DNA of 64,000 nt from an uncultured Spirochaetota bacterium. Lineage in GTDB: Bacteria > Spirochaetota > Spirochaetia > SZUA-6 > Fen-1364. The notes beneath the pieces are model-generated. The model was not told the DNA's origin. It did no database searches and worked only from the letters and a program-made list of their open reading frames with translations. The stretch spans positions 32,001-96,000 of the forward strand of contig CAVUXE010000048.1 in the NCBI GenBank assembly GCA_963745235.1, given 5' to 3'. Of this stretch, positions 30,536 to 41,200 are shown piece after piece (positions within the stretch are counted from its first letter, which is position 1; every line of letters begins with the position of its first letter). A program made the translations under genes and the position numbers.

Positions 30536-32385
30536 TGGAGCACGGAGAGCGGCAGCAGCGGCGGCGTTTCGTCTTTCTCACCGCCCTCTTTGCCGGCTGC
30601 ATCGGTTTCCTCGTCCTGTACCTGTTCTGGCTCCAGATCGTCAAGGGCTTCGAGTTCAAGCAGCGGGCCAAGGACGTGTCCCAGCGGGAGGTCCCCATCC
30701 CGGCGCAGCGTGGGGAGATCTTCGACCGCAATGTCGACGACCCCCTCGTCTTCAACGTGGACTCATTCGCCGTGGATGTGACTCCGGGCGAGGTCGCGTC
30801 AGCGGACCTGCCCACACTTTTCCAGAGCCTGTCGAAGGTCCTCGCAATCCCCGTGGCTGACATCCAGAAAAAGATCCCGCAGAAGAATTACCGCACCTAC
30901 CAGCCCGTGGAGATTTCCGGCGGGGTCCCTTTGCAGACGATCTCCTACATCGCGGAGCACCTCTCGGACTTCAGCGGCGTGAGCTGGCACAACAAGCCCA
31001 TCCGAAACTACGTGGAATCCAGCTCGCTTGCGCACGTGATCGGCTTCGTCGGAGACATCACTCACGAAGAGCTGCAGGTCCTGTACAACCAGGGCTACGA
31101 GTCGGGGGACGTCCTGGGCAAGACTGGAATCGAGAAGGAGTATGACGACATCCTGCGGGGAAAGGACGGCACCCGTTTTCGCGTGGTGGACGTGAAGGAG
31201 CGGCGGCTCACCGGAGAGGAGCAGGAGGTGGTCCCGCCCGTGCCGGGCAAGAACGTCGTTCTCACGATCGACAAGCGCATCCAGAAGCTTGCGGAGCAGG
31301 CCCTCGGGCCCCGGAAAGGCTCTGTTGTGGTTCTCAAGCCGGCCACGGGGGAAATCCTTGCCATGGTGAGCTACCCGTCCTTCGATCCGAACAAGCTTTT
31401 TGCGCCGGATGCGGGAGACTACTTCGGCAAGCTCTCCCTGGATCCCACGTTCCCCTTCATCAACAGGAGCATCCAGTCCGTGTATCCCCCGGCATCGACG
31501 TTCAAGATCATCATGACAACGGCAATCGTGGACGACGGCACCATCCCCATCAACCGGATGGTGCGATGCACGGGGAAGCTGGTGTTCGGGGACCGCGTGT
31601 TCAACTGCTGGGTGAAGACGGGCCACGGGTACGAGGACCTCTTTGGCGGTCTTGCCGACTCCTGCGACGTGTATTTCTGGACGATGGGCAACGAGCTGGG
31701 CGTGGACAAGATCGACAACTACGCGCGTGACTTCGGCGTGGGCTCCCTGACCGGGATCGATCTTCCCGAGGAAAGAACCGGTCTTCTTCCCACCCCCGAA
31801 TGGAAGGACAAGATCAAGCACCAGAAGTGGCTGGGCGGAGACACGTTGAACCTCGCCATCGGCCAGGGGTTCGTCACGATGTCTCCCTTGCAGATGGCGG
31901 ACATGGTGGCAATGGTCGCCAACAGCGGCGTCGTCTACCGGCCACACCTGTTGAAAGAGACACGGGACCCGTTCACCGGCCAGGTCCTCTCAACCATCGC
32001 GCCGGAGGTGCTGCACGAATCCCCTGTGAGCAAGGAGTCCTGGCACACGGTTCAGCAGGCCCTGCGGGGGGTCATTACCCGGGGCACGGCAGCTCCGGTG
32101 ATAACGACGAAAGCGGTGCAGATCGCCGGAAAGACGGGGACGTCGGAAGTGGGGATCGAGGGCCAGTGGCACTCGTGGTTCGCGGCCTACGCGCCGTTCG
32201 AGACCGACAAGCCTGAGGACAGGGTCGTCGTGGTGGTGATGGCGGAAGCCTCGCCCAACTGGGAGTGGTGGGCGCCCAAAGCCGCGAACCTGATCTTCCA
32301 GGGAATCTTTGCCAACCAGACCTATGACGAGGTGCTCAGCACGTTGAAGCCTTGGTACGCGCCGGTGGCAGGAAGAGTGGAATGA
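30535..32385 (+). CDS. mrdA: Penicillin-binding protein 2
   Basis: AQRGEIFDRN, YPPASTFK (SxxK), SCD (SxN-like), AGKTGT (KTG). Confidence 0.95.
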   Translation: MEHGERQQRRRFVFLTALFAGCIGFLVLYLFWLQIVKGFEFKQRAKDVSQREVPIPAQRGEIFDRNVDDPLVFNVDSFAVDVTPGEVASADLPTLFQSLSKVLAIPVADIQKKIPQKNYRTYQPVEISGGVPLQTISYIAEHLSDFSGVSWHNKPIRNYVESSSLAHVIGFVGDITHEELQVLYNQGYESGDVLGKTGIEKEYDDILRGKDGTRFRVVDVKERRLTGEEQEVVPPVPGKNVVLTIDKRIQKLAEQALGPRKGSVVVLKPATGEILAMVSYPSFDPNKLFAPDAGDYFGKLSLDPTFPFINRSIQSVYPPASTFKIIMTTAIVDDGTIPINRMVRCTGKLVFGDRVFNCWVKTGHGYEDLFGGLADSCDVYFWTMGNELGVDKIDNYARDFGVGSLTGIDLPEERTGLLPTPEWKDKIKHQKWLGGDTLNLAIGQGFVTMSPLQMADMVAMVANSGVVYRPHLLKETRDPFTGQVLSTIAPEVLHESPVSKESWHTVQQALRGVITRGTAAPVITTKAVQIAGKTGTSEVGIEGQWHSWFAAYAPFETDKPEDRVVVVVMAEASPNWEWWAPKAANLIFQGIFANQTYDEVLSTLKPWYAPVAGRVE

Positions 32386-32434
32386 AGCGTTCGCGAACGC
32401 TGCGCCGCGTTTCGCCCGCCTGGCCTTCCCGAAG

Positions 32435-34860
32435 ATGCGGCTGATCGACCCCGTTCGCGACCTTTCGAGCATACTCCAAAGCGTCGAGAAACCAGCTCGC
32501 TACGTCGGGGGTGAGTACGGCTCCTTGCTCAAGGACAACGCCGCACTCTCGGTGGCCATCTCGTATCCGGACCTGTACGAGATCGGCATGTCCAACAATG
32601 CGGTGAGAATCCTCTACAACATCCTGAACGCCCTGCCGGACGTCCAGTGCGAGCGGGTGTTCGCGCCGGCTCCGGATTTCGAGGCCCGGCTTCGCGCGGC
32701 GGGCATTCCGCTCTTTTCCCTGGAGTCAGGGAGGGCGCTGCGAGACTTCGACCTGATCGGGTTTTCCTTCGGATATGAGCTGACCATTACAAACGCGCTC
32801 GCCATCCTGGAGTGCGGCGGGGTGAGCGTTGAGACCGCGGCGCGGGGCGCCGATGAGCCGATCGTGATCGTCGGGGGGCCGGCGGCAGGCAATCCGGTTC
32901 CTTTCGGCGTCTTCGCGGATTGCGTTTTCATAGGGGAAGCGGAAGGCTGGGCGGAGCGAGCCTTCTCAGACCTGGGACGCATGAAGAAGCAGGGGGCTTC
33001 GCGCGCGGACTTGCTTTCCTGCCTGCGCGCTGATCCGTCCATCTGGTACACAGGACGGACGGAGAAGGTAAGGCGGGCGCTCTGGAGGGGGTTCGCCGCG
33101 CAACTGGCTGACACGTGTTTTCCCGTGCCGAGCATGCGGGTGGTGCAGGATCACGGAACGGTGGAGATCATGCGCGGGTGCCCGAATGCCTGCAAGTTCT
33201 GTCATGCCACGGTGTACTACCGGGCGTGCAGGCGCAAAGCAAGGGACCTCATCCTGCGTGAAGTGGATCACCTGGTGAGAGCCGGGGGATACCGGGAGAT
33301 CACGCTCTCCTCCCTGTCGTCCGGGGACTACACGGGAATCCATGACCTGGTGCAGGACCTGAACTCCCGCTATGCGCCGCTCCTCGTGTCCTTCGCACTT
33401 CCCTCCCTCCGGGTGGATTCCCTCGGGCTGCAGCTGCTGGCCGAGATCTCTCATGTTCGAAAGAGCGGGCTCACTTTTGCCGTTGAAACGGCGAGGGATG
33501 AATGGCAGCAGGAGATCCGCAAGAAGGCCGGCCTCGGGAAAGTCGTTGAGATTCTCAGGGAGGCACGCTCGCAGGGATGGCGGGCGGCCAAGTTCTATTT
33601 CATGGTCGGCCTTCCGGCGTCCTTCGAGCAAGACGAGGCTTCAGCCATCGTGGATTTCCTGTCCGAGGTGCAGGCAACCACGGGAATGTCCTTGAACGTG
33701 AACGTGGCGGCATTCATTCCCAAGCCTCACACCCCTTACCAGCGCTCCGCGCAGATCACCGAAGACAAGGCGCTGGAAAGGATCATGGCGGTGAAGGCAG
33801 GGCTGCGAGGGAGCGGATTCAAGATTGGTTACCATGCTCCCTTTCTGTCCGTCCTGGAGGGAATTGTCTCCCGGGGGGACGAAAGGGCCGGGCGGCTCGT
33901 CCTTGACGCATACCGGCGCGGCGCACGCCTGGACGCCTGGGAGGAGCACATCAGGATCGACATCTGGCGTGAGGCAATTTCGGCCGCTGGCTGGGACGTG
34001 ATCTCAGAGACATGCAGGCAACGGGCTCAGGACGAAAAGCTCCCGTGGGATCTTGTTGCCCTGGGCCTTTCCGCAAGCGAGATATCTGACGTCCAGCCCT
34101 TGGTGTCACAGCGGCAGCCCGCGACGTCGTCACCTGCCGCATGCTCCGCCACGTCGTCACCTGCCGCATCGCCACCGCCATCTCACCCGTGGCGCCTTTG
34201 GGCATCGCGGATGCCGCCGGCATTGCAGGCACCGCGGACGCCGCATGGATGCGCCTTCTTTTCACTTTCTCAAAGACAGGCCGCTCGGTTTTCATTTCCC
34301 ACCTCGACCTCATGACCGTCATGGAGAGAGCGCTTGCCCGGGCGGGCTACCGAGCCCGATTCACAGAAGGATTCAACCCGAAGCCGCGCCTGGAGTTTGC
34401 AAGCCCCCTTGGGCTTGGAATTGCCTCGATGGAAGAAGTGGCCTGCATAGACCTGCGCGGCCTGGATTCCACCTCTTCTTTTCTCTCGCGAATGAACTCC
34501 GCGCTTCCTCCGGGAATCGCCATCCGAAGGGCGGCTGCCGTGCTGCCTCCCGTGCCCCTGGCTCCCCGGCGCTCCCTGATGTCGGCATGCTGGGGCGCTG
34601 AGTACGAAGTAGTCGGGCAGGGAGATGCGCGTATTCTTCGACTGAGGGCCACCGAGCCGTCAATCCGTAAGACCCTCGAAGCGCAGGGTGTTTGGGGGGC
34701 AACGCGGGCGGTCCGCACGCGCACGTTCGCGCGGGGGAGGACGGACGAGCCTGTTTCCTATTTCGAGGCGTTCTGCGGCTTGTCCGACTCTGCCGCTTCC
34801 AATGACGCTGCCGCGGGCGTTTCCGCCGAGGCCGCGGAGACTTCCTCGGACTTGACCTGA
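32435..34860 (+). CDS. TIGR03960-type radical SAM protein, probably fused to a TIGR03936/DUF2344 domain (frameshift ~34180)
   Basis: VEKPARYVGGE, YPDLYEIGMSN, EIMRGCPNACKFC, PSLRVD, FIPKPHTP; C-terminal FSK.G...FISHLD..ERAL.RAG..FTEGFNPKPRL. Could be two genes. Confidence 0.88.
34124..34169 (+). repeat. Direct repeat with 27-nt period in the interdomain linker
   Basis: ACGTCGTCACCTGCCGCAT at 34124 and 34151. Confidence 0.8.
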
Positions 34861-35657
34861 TTCCACAGGGAGTCCATTCGCGCAAGACCGGCGTCAGAAG
34901 GCGTGACCCCTTGGGCGGCGAGGCGTTTCTCGATCTCCCGGAACCTGCGCTCGAACTTCACGTTCGTCGCGTGAAGCGCGACGGAAGGGTCCACCTTCAG
35001 GAAGCGGGAAAGGTTGATCACCGAGAAAAGAAGATCTCCTACCTCCGCCTCTATCTCTCCCGGGACACCTTCCTTTGCGGCTGCCGCCAGCTCTTGCATC
35101 TCTTCGGCGATCTTGTCCCACACGGGGCCCGCGGAAGGCCAGTCGAAACCGACCTTCGCCGCTTTTTTCTGAAGCTTGAGGGATTTCTCCAGGGGCTGGA
35201 GCGCTGCCGGCAGATGGTCCAGGACGGAGTCCGCGGCGGGCTCTGTCCCTTTCTCTGCCGCCTTGATCTCGTCCCACCGAACGAGGATTTCCTTCACCGA
35301 CCCCGCGCTCGCGTTTGCGAACACGTGCGGATGACGTCGCACCAGCTTCTCGTGGATCCGGTGCAGCACCGATGACACGGTGAATGTACCCTCCTGCTCC
35401 TTCATCCAGGCGACCATCGTCACGAGCAGGTACAGGTCTCCAAGCTCTTCCTCGAGGTTTTTCTCGTCCCGTGCATCGATGGCGCTGACCGTCTCCCACA
35501 CCTCCTCCACAAGGCTGGGGCGAAGGGTGGTGGGAGTCTGGGCGCGGTCCCACGCGCACCCGTCAGGTGCTCGCAGGCGTTGGATGGTTTGCAGAAGCTT
35601 TGCAAACGATGCCGCGGGATCGTCGCTGTTCGATTCTCTGCCTGTTTCACCGTTCAT
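34758..35657 (-). CDS. mazG: Nucleoside triphosphate pyrophosphohydrolase MazG
   Basis: LRAPDGCAWDRAQT, EELGDL, KLVRRHPHVF, KAAKVGFDW, EVGDLLFS..N. Confidence 0.95.
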   Translation of the reverse strand: MNGETGRESNSDDPAASFAKLLQTIQRLRAPDGCAWDRAQTPTTLRPSLVEEVWETVSAIDARDEKNLEEELGDLYLLVTMVAWMKEQEGTFTVSSVLHRIHEKLVRRHPHVFANASAGSVKEILVRWDEIKAAEKGTEPAADSVLDHLPAALQPLEKSLKLQKKAAKVGFDWPSAGPVWDKIAEEMQELAAAAKEGVPGEIEAEVGDLLFSVINLSRFLKVDPSVALHATNVKFERRFREIEKRLAAQGVTPSDAGLARMDSLWNQVKSEEVSAASAETPAAASLEAAESDKPQNASK

Positions 35658-35718
35658 GGCGGCAGTTAACAGGCGTGTTGAAAGGGTGTCAATACCAGGC
35701 GCGCGCGGCGGCGTGCCG

Positions 35719-36864
35719 CTATTTCGACTCGGAAATGAGGGAGCGCAGCTCGCGCGCCAGCTCGTCCCCGTTCTTCACATCGAGGATGCGGTCGTTGATG
35801 CTCACGACCGGTCCATGAGCGCACATCCCCCGGCAGGGGACCGTTTCCAGGGAGAACATGCCGTCGGGTGTTGCTTCTCCGCTTGAAATGGAAAGAGTCT
35901 TTCCGATGGCTTCCAGGAGCTCCTGGGATCCGTTCTTTGTGCACGACTCTCCCCGGCACAGCGCGATGCGGTAGCGCGCGGGCGGATCCGTGCGGAACAC
36001 GGGGTAGAACGCGGCGGTCTCCAGGACTTTTTCCCGCGTGATGTTCAGGAAATCTGCTATGTAGCCAATTGAGTCCTGGGACAGGTACCCGAAGGTCTTC
36101 TGCGTATCTTCCAGGACCCGCACCAGGAACTCCCTCTTCGGCTGGTAACGCGCAAAGATGTCGATCAGCGCCTGCGGCGGGTTTGTCCGCGCATCCTGGG
36201 GATGGTTCTCCTTTTTCCGTCTCTTGAGGTAATGGGACAGGATGGCGAGACCCAGGGCAATGTTCTCATTGCGCACAACGATGTCCGAGGGCACGGCGAG
36301 CTGGGTCGGAGAAAAGTTCCAGATGGCCTTGATCCCGAGGGAAACGATGCGTCCCGCCACCGACTGCGCGGCGTCCTTGGGAACGCAAATGATGGCAATG
36401 CCCACGTCGAAGCTGCGCACCACCCTCTGGAGGGACTCCATGGGGAGGATTGTGAACGCGCCGAGAATGCTCCCGGTCTTGGACGGGTCGTTGTCGAAAA
36501 TCGCCACGAGACGCAGGCCATACTGCGCCAGGCCCGGGTACTGACTGAGCGCTGAGCCCAGGTGGCCCGCGCCAATCAGGATTGCAGTGTTTTCGTAGTT
36601 GATCCCGAGAAACTCCTCGATGGCTTTCTTGAGCCCGAGGATGGAGTAGCCGGCCTTCGGCTTTCCCTTGTAGCCGATGAGGGACACATCCTTGCGCACC
36701 TGGGTGTCATCAATGCGGAAGAACTGGGCAAGATGGCGGGAGGATACGTAGGATTCACCCCGCGCCTGCATTTCAGCGAGGATCTGGTGATAGAGCGGGA
36801 TGCGCCTCAGCGTCTGTTCAGGAATAGGGTGGTCGATGGTGTCAAGGAATTCTCTCTGTTCCAC
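35719..36864 (-). CDS. rex: Redox-sensing repressor Rex fused to a C-terminal NuoE/HydC-like [2Fe-2S] domain
   Basis: IPEQTLRRIPLY..VSS..LA..QVRKDVS..G..G..GY (wHTH); GAGHLG.AL, FDNDP, GIKAIWNFSP (Rossmann); then FGYL..FY..F..CRGESC..CRGMC.HGP. Confidence 0.9.
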   Translation of the reverse strand: MEQREFLDTIDHPIPEQTLRRIPLYHQILAEMQARGESYVSSRHLAQFFRIDDTQVRKDVSLIGYKGKPKAGYSILGLKKAIEEFLGINYENTAILIGAGHLGSALSQYPGLAQYGLRLVAIFDNDPSKTGSILGAFTILPMESLQRVVRSFDVGIAIICVPKDAAQSVAGRIVSLGIKAIWNFSPTQLAVPSDIVVRNENIALGLAILSHYLKRRKKENHPQDARTNPPQALIDIFARYQPKREFLVRVLEDTQKTFGYLSQDSIGYIADFLNITREKVLETAAFYPVFRTDPPARYRIALCRGESCTKNGSQELLEAIGKTLSISSGEATPDGMFSLETVPCRGMCAHGPVVSINDRILDVKNGDELARELRSLISESK

Positions 36865-36875
36865 TGGCCCAGCTG

Positions 36876-38105
36876 TCACGGAGAAAGCTGCTGGAACTGG
36901 TCCTGGAGGGAAAGGGTCTTCTGCACCGTCCGGATGCTGTCTGCCGCTGGCTGGTACTTCGGATCTATCTGGAGAACGGCCTTCCAAAGCTCTATGGCCT
37001 TCGCGTAGTCTCCGTTTGCAAACTCATCCACTCCCTGCAGGTACAGCTGGTCCGCGCGGGCCTCTCTCTCCCCACGCCCTGAATCCCCGAGGTCGAGCTT
37101 CGCCTGGACGCTGAACTTGTCCAGGGGGCTCAGCGACCCGCTGAGGTCCACGTTGTAATTGACGTCGAAGTTGAGTGTCCCCATCTCTATCATGGTGCCA
37201 AGGCTGATCCGGGGGTTGTCCGCCTTCATCAGAACGCCTGCTTGAAGGGAAAGGAAGCTGGTCACGGCGACGTTGGTGCCGACCGCCACGTTCCATACTT
37301 CCGCTGGCGGCTGCCATGAGAACATGAAGGGATAGTTGAAATCCAGAGCGATCGTCCACGGCCGCAGCGGGCTCCAGGCAATCCCCGCGCTGGCCACCTG
37401 GGGAAGCGTCTCATCCGACAGTGTCGTGATTCCGAGGTTCTTCACGGCTGCCCCGACGGAGAAGTTTTTCGTCCGTGAGGAGTAGAACTTCAGCAAGTTG
37501 AAGCTTGTCTGGACTCCAAAATCCGCCATGACCGCCAGTGAGGACTGGTTGGCAGCAAAGACGGCGGGAATGCTTTGATACGCCGTCTTCAGATTGGCCC
37601 CGACGGAGACCCCGCTGAAGTAATAGCCGGAGAAGAAGTTGTATGACACGTTGGCCGTGAGCGTCGTTTCGGTTATGTAGTCCTGCGCGCCGGCAACGCC
37701 CCATTCGTTATACGCGGTGAAGGGGACGTAGAGGAACTTCCCGGCAAGCCCGACTCCGAGGTCGTTGAACCTCATCGTGTAGACTGCTCCCTCCAGGTTC
37801 GAGTCCGCGATCCAGGCGTGATGGAAAAAAGAGAGCTCAGTCCTGGCCATGCGGGAGCTGGCCGCCGGGTTCGACTCCATGAAGCCGGCGTCCGCCGCCA
37901 TTGCGGTGTATGCAGTTCCCATTCCCTCCAGCCGGCCGCCCATGGGAATGAGGAGCGTGGGGAACGAGGTGAGCCCCGTGTTCGGGTCCGCAAAGTTCTT
38001 CAGCAGGTTTGACCACGCGGAGTAGAAGTCCGCGCTTTGGGCCCACAGCCCGATGGGGGCAATGACGAGAAGGCAGAATATGGTGAAAAATTTCGCGCCT
38101 TTCAT
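36876..38105 (-). CDS. UPF0164 family (FadL-like) outer-membrane barrel with C-terminal TPR
   Basis: Signal peptide; DPNTG.T.FP.LLIP.GG..EGMGTAYTA...D....E.NPAAS; LSFFHHAWIADS; amphipathic strands; TPR LYLQG..G.Y.KAI.LW. Confidence 0.85.
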   Translation of the reverse strand: MKGAKFFTIFCLLVIAPIGLWAQSADFYSAWSNLLKNFADPNTGLTSFPTLLIPMGGRLEGMGTAYTAMAADAGFMESNPAASSRMARTELSFFHHAWIADSNLEGAVYTMRFNDLGVGLAGKFLYVPFTAYNEWGVAGAQDYITETTLTANVSYNFFSGYYFSGVSVGANLKTAYQSIPAVFAANQSSLAVMADFGVQTSFNLLKFYSSRTKNFSVGAAVKNLGITTLSDETLPQVASAGIAWSPLRPWTIALDFNYPFMFSWQPPAEVWNVAVGTNVAVTSFLSLQAGVLMKADNPRISLGTMIEMGTLNFDVNYNVDLSGSLSPLDKFSVQAKLDLGDSGRGEREARADQLYLQGVDEFANGDYAKAIELWKAVLQIDPKYQPAADSIRTVQKTLSLQDQFQQLSP

Positions 38106-38207
38106 CAACATCTAATTATACATCGGTTCAAGCCAACAATCCAGGGAGAGGATACAATGAAAGCATGGTGGGGGTGACCACAGGCCAATTTTCGTCGATA
38201 ATGGAAA

Positions 38208-41200
38208 TTGTGGGGTTCTGTGCGGACACATAGCCTGAAAGCCCTTGCGATCTTGGTCTGCCTCTTGCTTCTGCCCGCAGCTCTCGTCATTGGCGGCGGA
38301 CAGCAGGAGGCGAGCCTGTCCGACGTGCAGCGCCTCATGGACCAGCTTGACTACCCCGGCGCCCTCAAGCTCCTGGCGAAGATCCAGCGCGAACACCCCG
38401 ATCAACGCGACGACACACAGCGCCTCATCATGATGATCATCTCGAATCAAGGCAAGGAGTACAACCAGGTCCTGACCCGTCTCATCCATGTTCTTTACGT
38501 GGAGGAGGATGCGGACGCGGCGCTGCCTCTCATCGATACGCTGCGGCGGCTCGACCCGTACAGGTCCAAGGGCGAAGCGCAAAAATCGCTCCTGTATGTG
38601 AAGTTCCTGAAGCTCATGGATTCCGCGGCGGCCCTCCTGAATGAAGGGAAAGTCCCCGAGGCCATTGACCTCTATCTATCACCGTTCACGGACCCCGCAA
38701 AGGCCGGGTTCGACATGGACAAGCCGGCCTTCGATTCGGCCGGGTACGGGAACATCGTGGCCGCGAGCGTTCGGGGTGCCGTGGCAAGAATTGTGGATGC
38801 AGGCACGCAGGCGCGAAATGAAGCGCCTTCCGTGCGCGGGGCGCAATCCGCGCTGAGCTCGGTGGTGACATCCGCGCCGGGACCGCAGACCCTTGCCCGG
38901 CTTGACGAGGGTTTCGCCCCCCTGGCGCTCGTCCGCCAGCAGGAGCAGGCCGTGCTCTCTTCAGCCGCCGCTCTCGACGATGTGAGCAAGGCGATTGGAG
39001 AAAGCCCCCAGGGGACCGGAGGTGAGTCATACCTTCGCTACATTTCCTCCCTCACGCGGGGCCGAAAGGGCAAACCGGCGGAGGGTCTTGCGCAGGCCGT
39101 GGCAATGTTGTGGGAGCCGGCAGCGGAGTCGGCCGCAAGCGCTGCCGCAGGGGCCGCCGCCTCCTCCTATTCCGAGGCGCGAAAGCTTTTCGACCAGGGC
39201 GACCTGGCCGCTGCCGAGCCGAAGCTCCAGGAGGCGTATGACCGGGGGGTGCTCGCGGTCAAGGCCGGTTCATTTACGGCGGGAGCGCTTCACCCCTCCG
39301 CCGGATGGGGGTTCTCAGCGTCGGACTCGACTCGATTGGCGTCACTCCTGGAAAGGATCTCCCAGAGCCAGGAGACTGCCGCCGAGGCCGCGGCCCTGCT
39401 GCAGCTGATCTCCTACGAACGACGCGCTCAGGCCCTTCCCTCGGAGGCAACACTGGACGCCCAGGCTATAGCCGCGGCCCGGGCACAGGAGATGTCCCTG
39501 CACGATGAGGCTCTCGGGGCGGGCAAGAAATGGCAGGCGCGTGCGTCCGAGCTGGCGCAGCAGCAGCTGACGGGACCCGCGCTGGGTGCCCTGATCGAGG
39601 GGGCCAACGCAATGGCGCAGAGATTCGATTCGTTCACCGCGCAGCTATCTCAGAAGGACCTCGCCTACGCGGTGGCCCTGGCTCGGAGCGGGGCGGCTCA
39701 GTTCGCGACGCGCCTCTCAGACGAAGTCAAGCTCCGTATGGACGGGCAGGACACCCTGAACGGAACCGTGAACGGAAAACAGCCGGCCCAGGACGTCTAT
39801 GTCGAAAGAAAGCCGGGCGCGGCGCTGAAGTCGTTCAACGACGCCTCCTCGGCACTGGATCAGCTGACCACGGACATCGCCGATTTCAGGACGAAATTGA
39901 GCGGCCCGGTAGCGACCAACCCTACTATTGCGGATATCCTGGCGAACCTGGACACAGTGGAGTCGAAGGTCCGAACGGAATCAAGCGAGGTTTCGCGTCT
40001 TGCCCAGCTCGCCGAACAGCAGCATCAGGACGCCCTCACGAAACGCAAGGAGGCGGACCTCGCTTTTTCGGACGGCAGCCGGGCGCTTGCCGCGAAGCAA
40101 TACGACGGGGCGAAGCTCCAGCTTGGGGATGCGCGCGATCTTTACCTGGACTCCCTTCTTCTTGAAGAAGACCCGGCGGCTCGCAAGAGATACACGGCGG
40201 AAATACCCGCCCTCATAGACCGGGTCAACAACGCCATCGTGGAGCAATACATCGCGGACGTGGACGCCCAGGTGAGCGAGGGTCGAAGGCTCTTCTCGAA
40301 CGGGGAGTTCCTCAAATCGTTCCTTACCCTGGAGACAGCCCAGGGACGGTGGAAGGCGACCCTGGGAGACAGGCCGAACTCTGACCTGGATGCCCTCCTG
40401 GACAGGGTCCGCAAAGCGCTGCAGGCAAGCGGCGGACGGGATCTTGCACCGGACGACTCCCGCGCTCCCGTCATCAACGGCTTCCTCAACATTGCCAACG
40501 ACAAGGCGGGGCGCGCCGAAAAGCTTCAGAAGAACGATCCGCGGAGGAAGCAGCTCCTGGACGAGGCCTACGACAACGTCATGTCGGCCCTCGATGTCGA
40601 CCCTGTGTATCGCAACGCAAAGGCGCTGCAGCTTCGCATCCGCAAGCTGCAGGCAAAAGACGATGCTGCCTTCCGCGCGGAGGCCAAGGCGGAGATCGAT
40701 TCGATCATCGCTGAGTACCACAACAAGAAAGGCCAGCCTGAGCGGTTGTATTTCGCGCTGAAGGACTACCAGGACATTCTGCCCGACTACCAGCCCCTGC
40801 GGGGTGCAATCCAGGAGCTGGAGATCAGCCTCAACTTGAGGATCCGGCCCCCGTCGGACGCGGAGATTGCAAGCTCGAACAAGAGCCTGGCGGATGCCGA
40901 GGGCATCTACAATGCCCGTGACAGCACCACCTATGGGACCGCCCTGAACGATCTGGACGCCGCCATCAAGCTCAATCCGTCCAACGAACGCGCCAAGGCG
41001 CTCCGCAGGGAAATCCTCCAGAAGCAGGGGAGCCCGGAAGCAAGCGGCCTCTCGCCGGCGGATTTCGCGAGATTTGCGCAGAGCAAGCGCCTCTTTAATA
41101 CGGAAGACTACGCGGATGCCTTGCCGATTCTTGATAGCCTGCACGAACGGAACGCGAGCTACCCGCCTTTTGAGCTGCTCTACCACCTGACGCGGCAGAA

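Noticed and set aside
38070-38210. Rex operator upstream of the UPF0164-rex-mazG unit
   Set aside because: No convincing TTGTGAA-N4-TTCACAA; the nearest look-alike (GGTGAAAAATTTCGCG) is weak and inside coding sequence.
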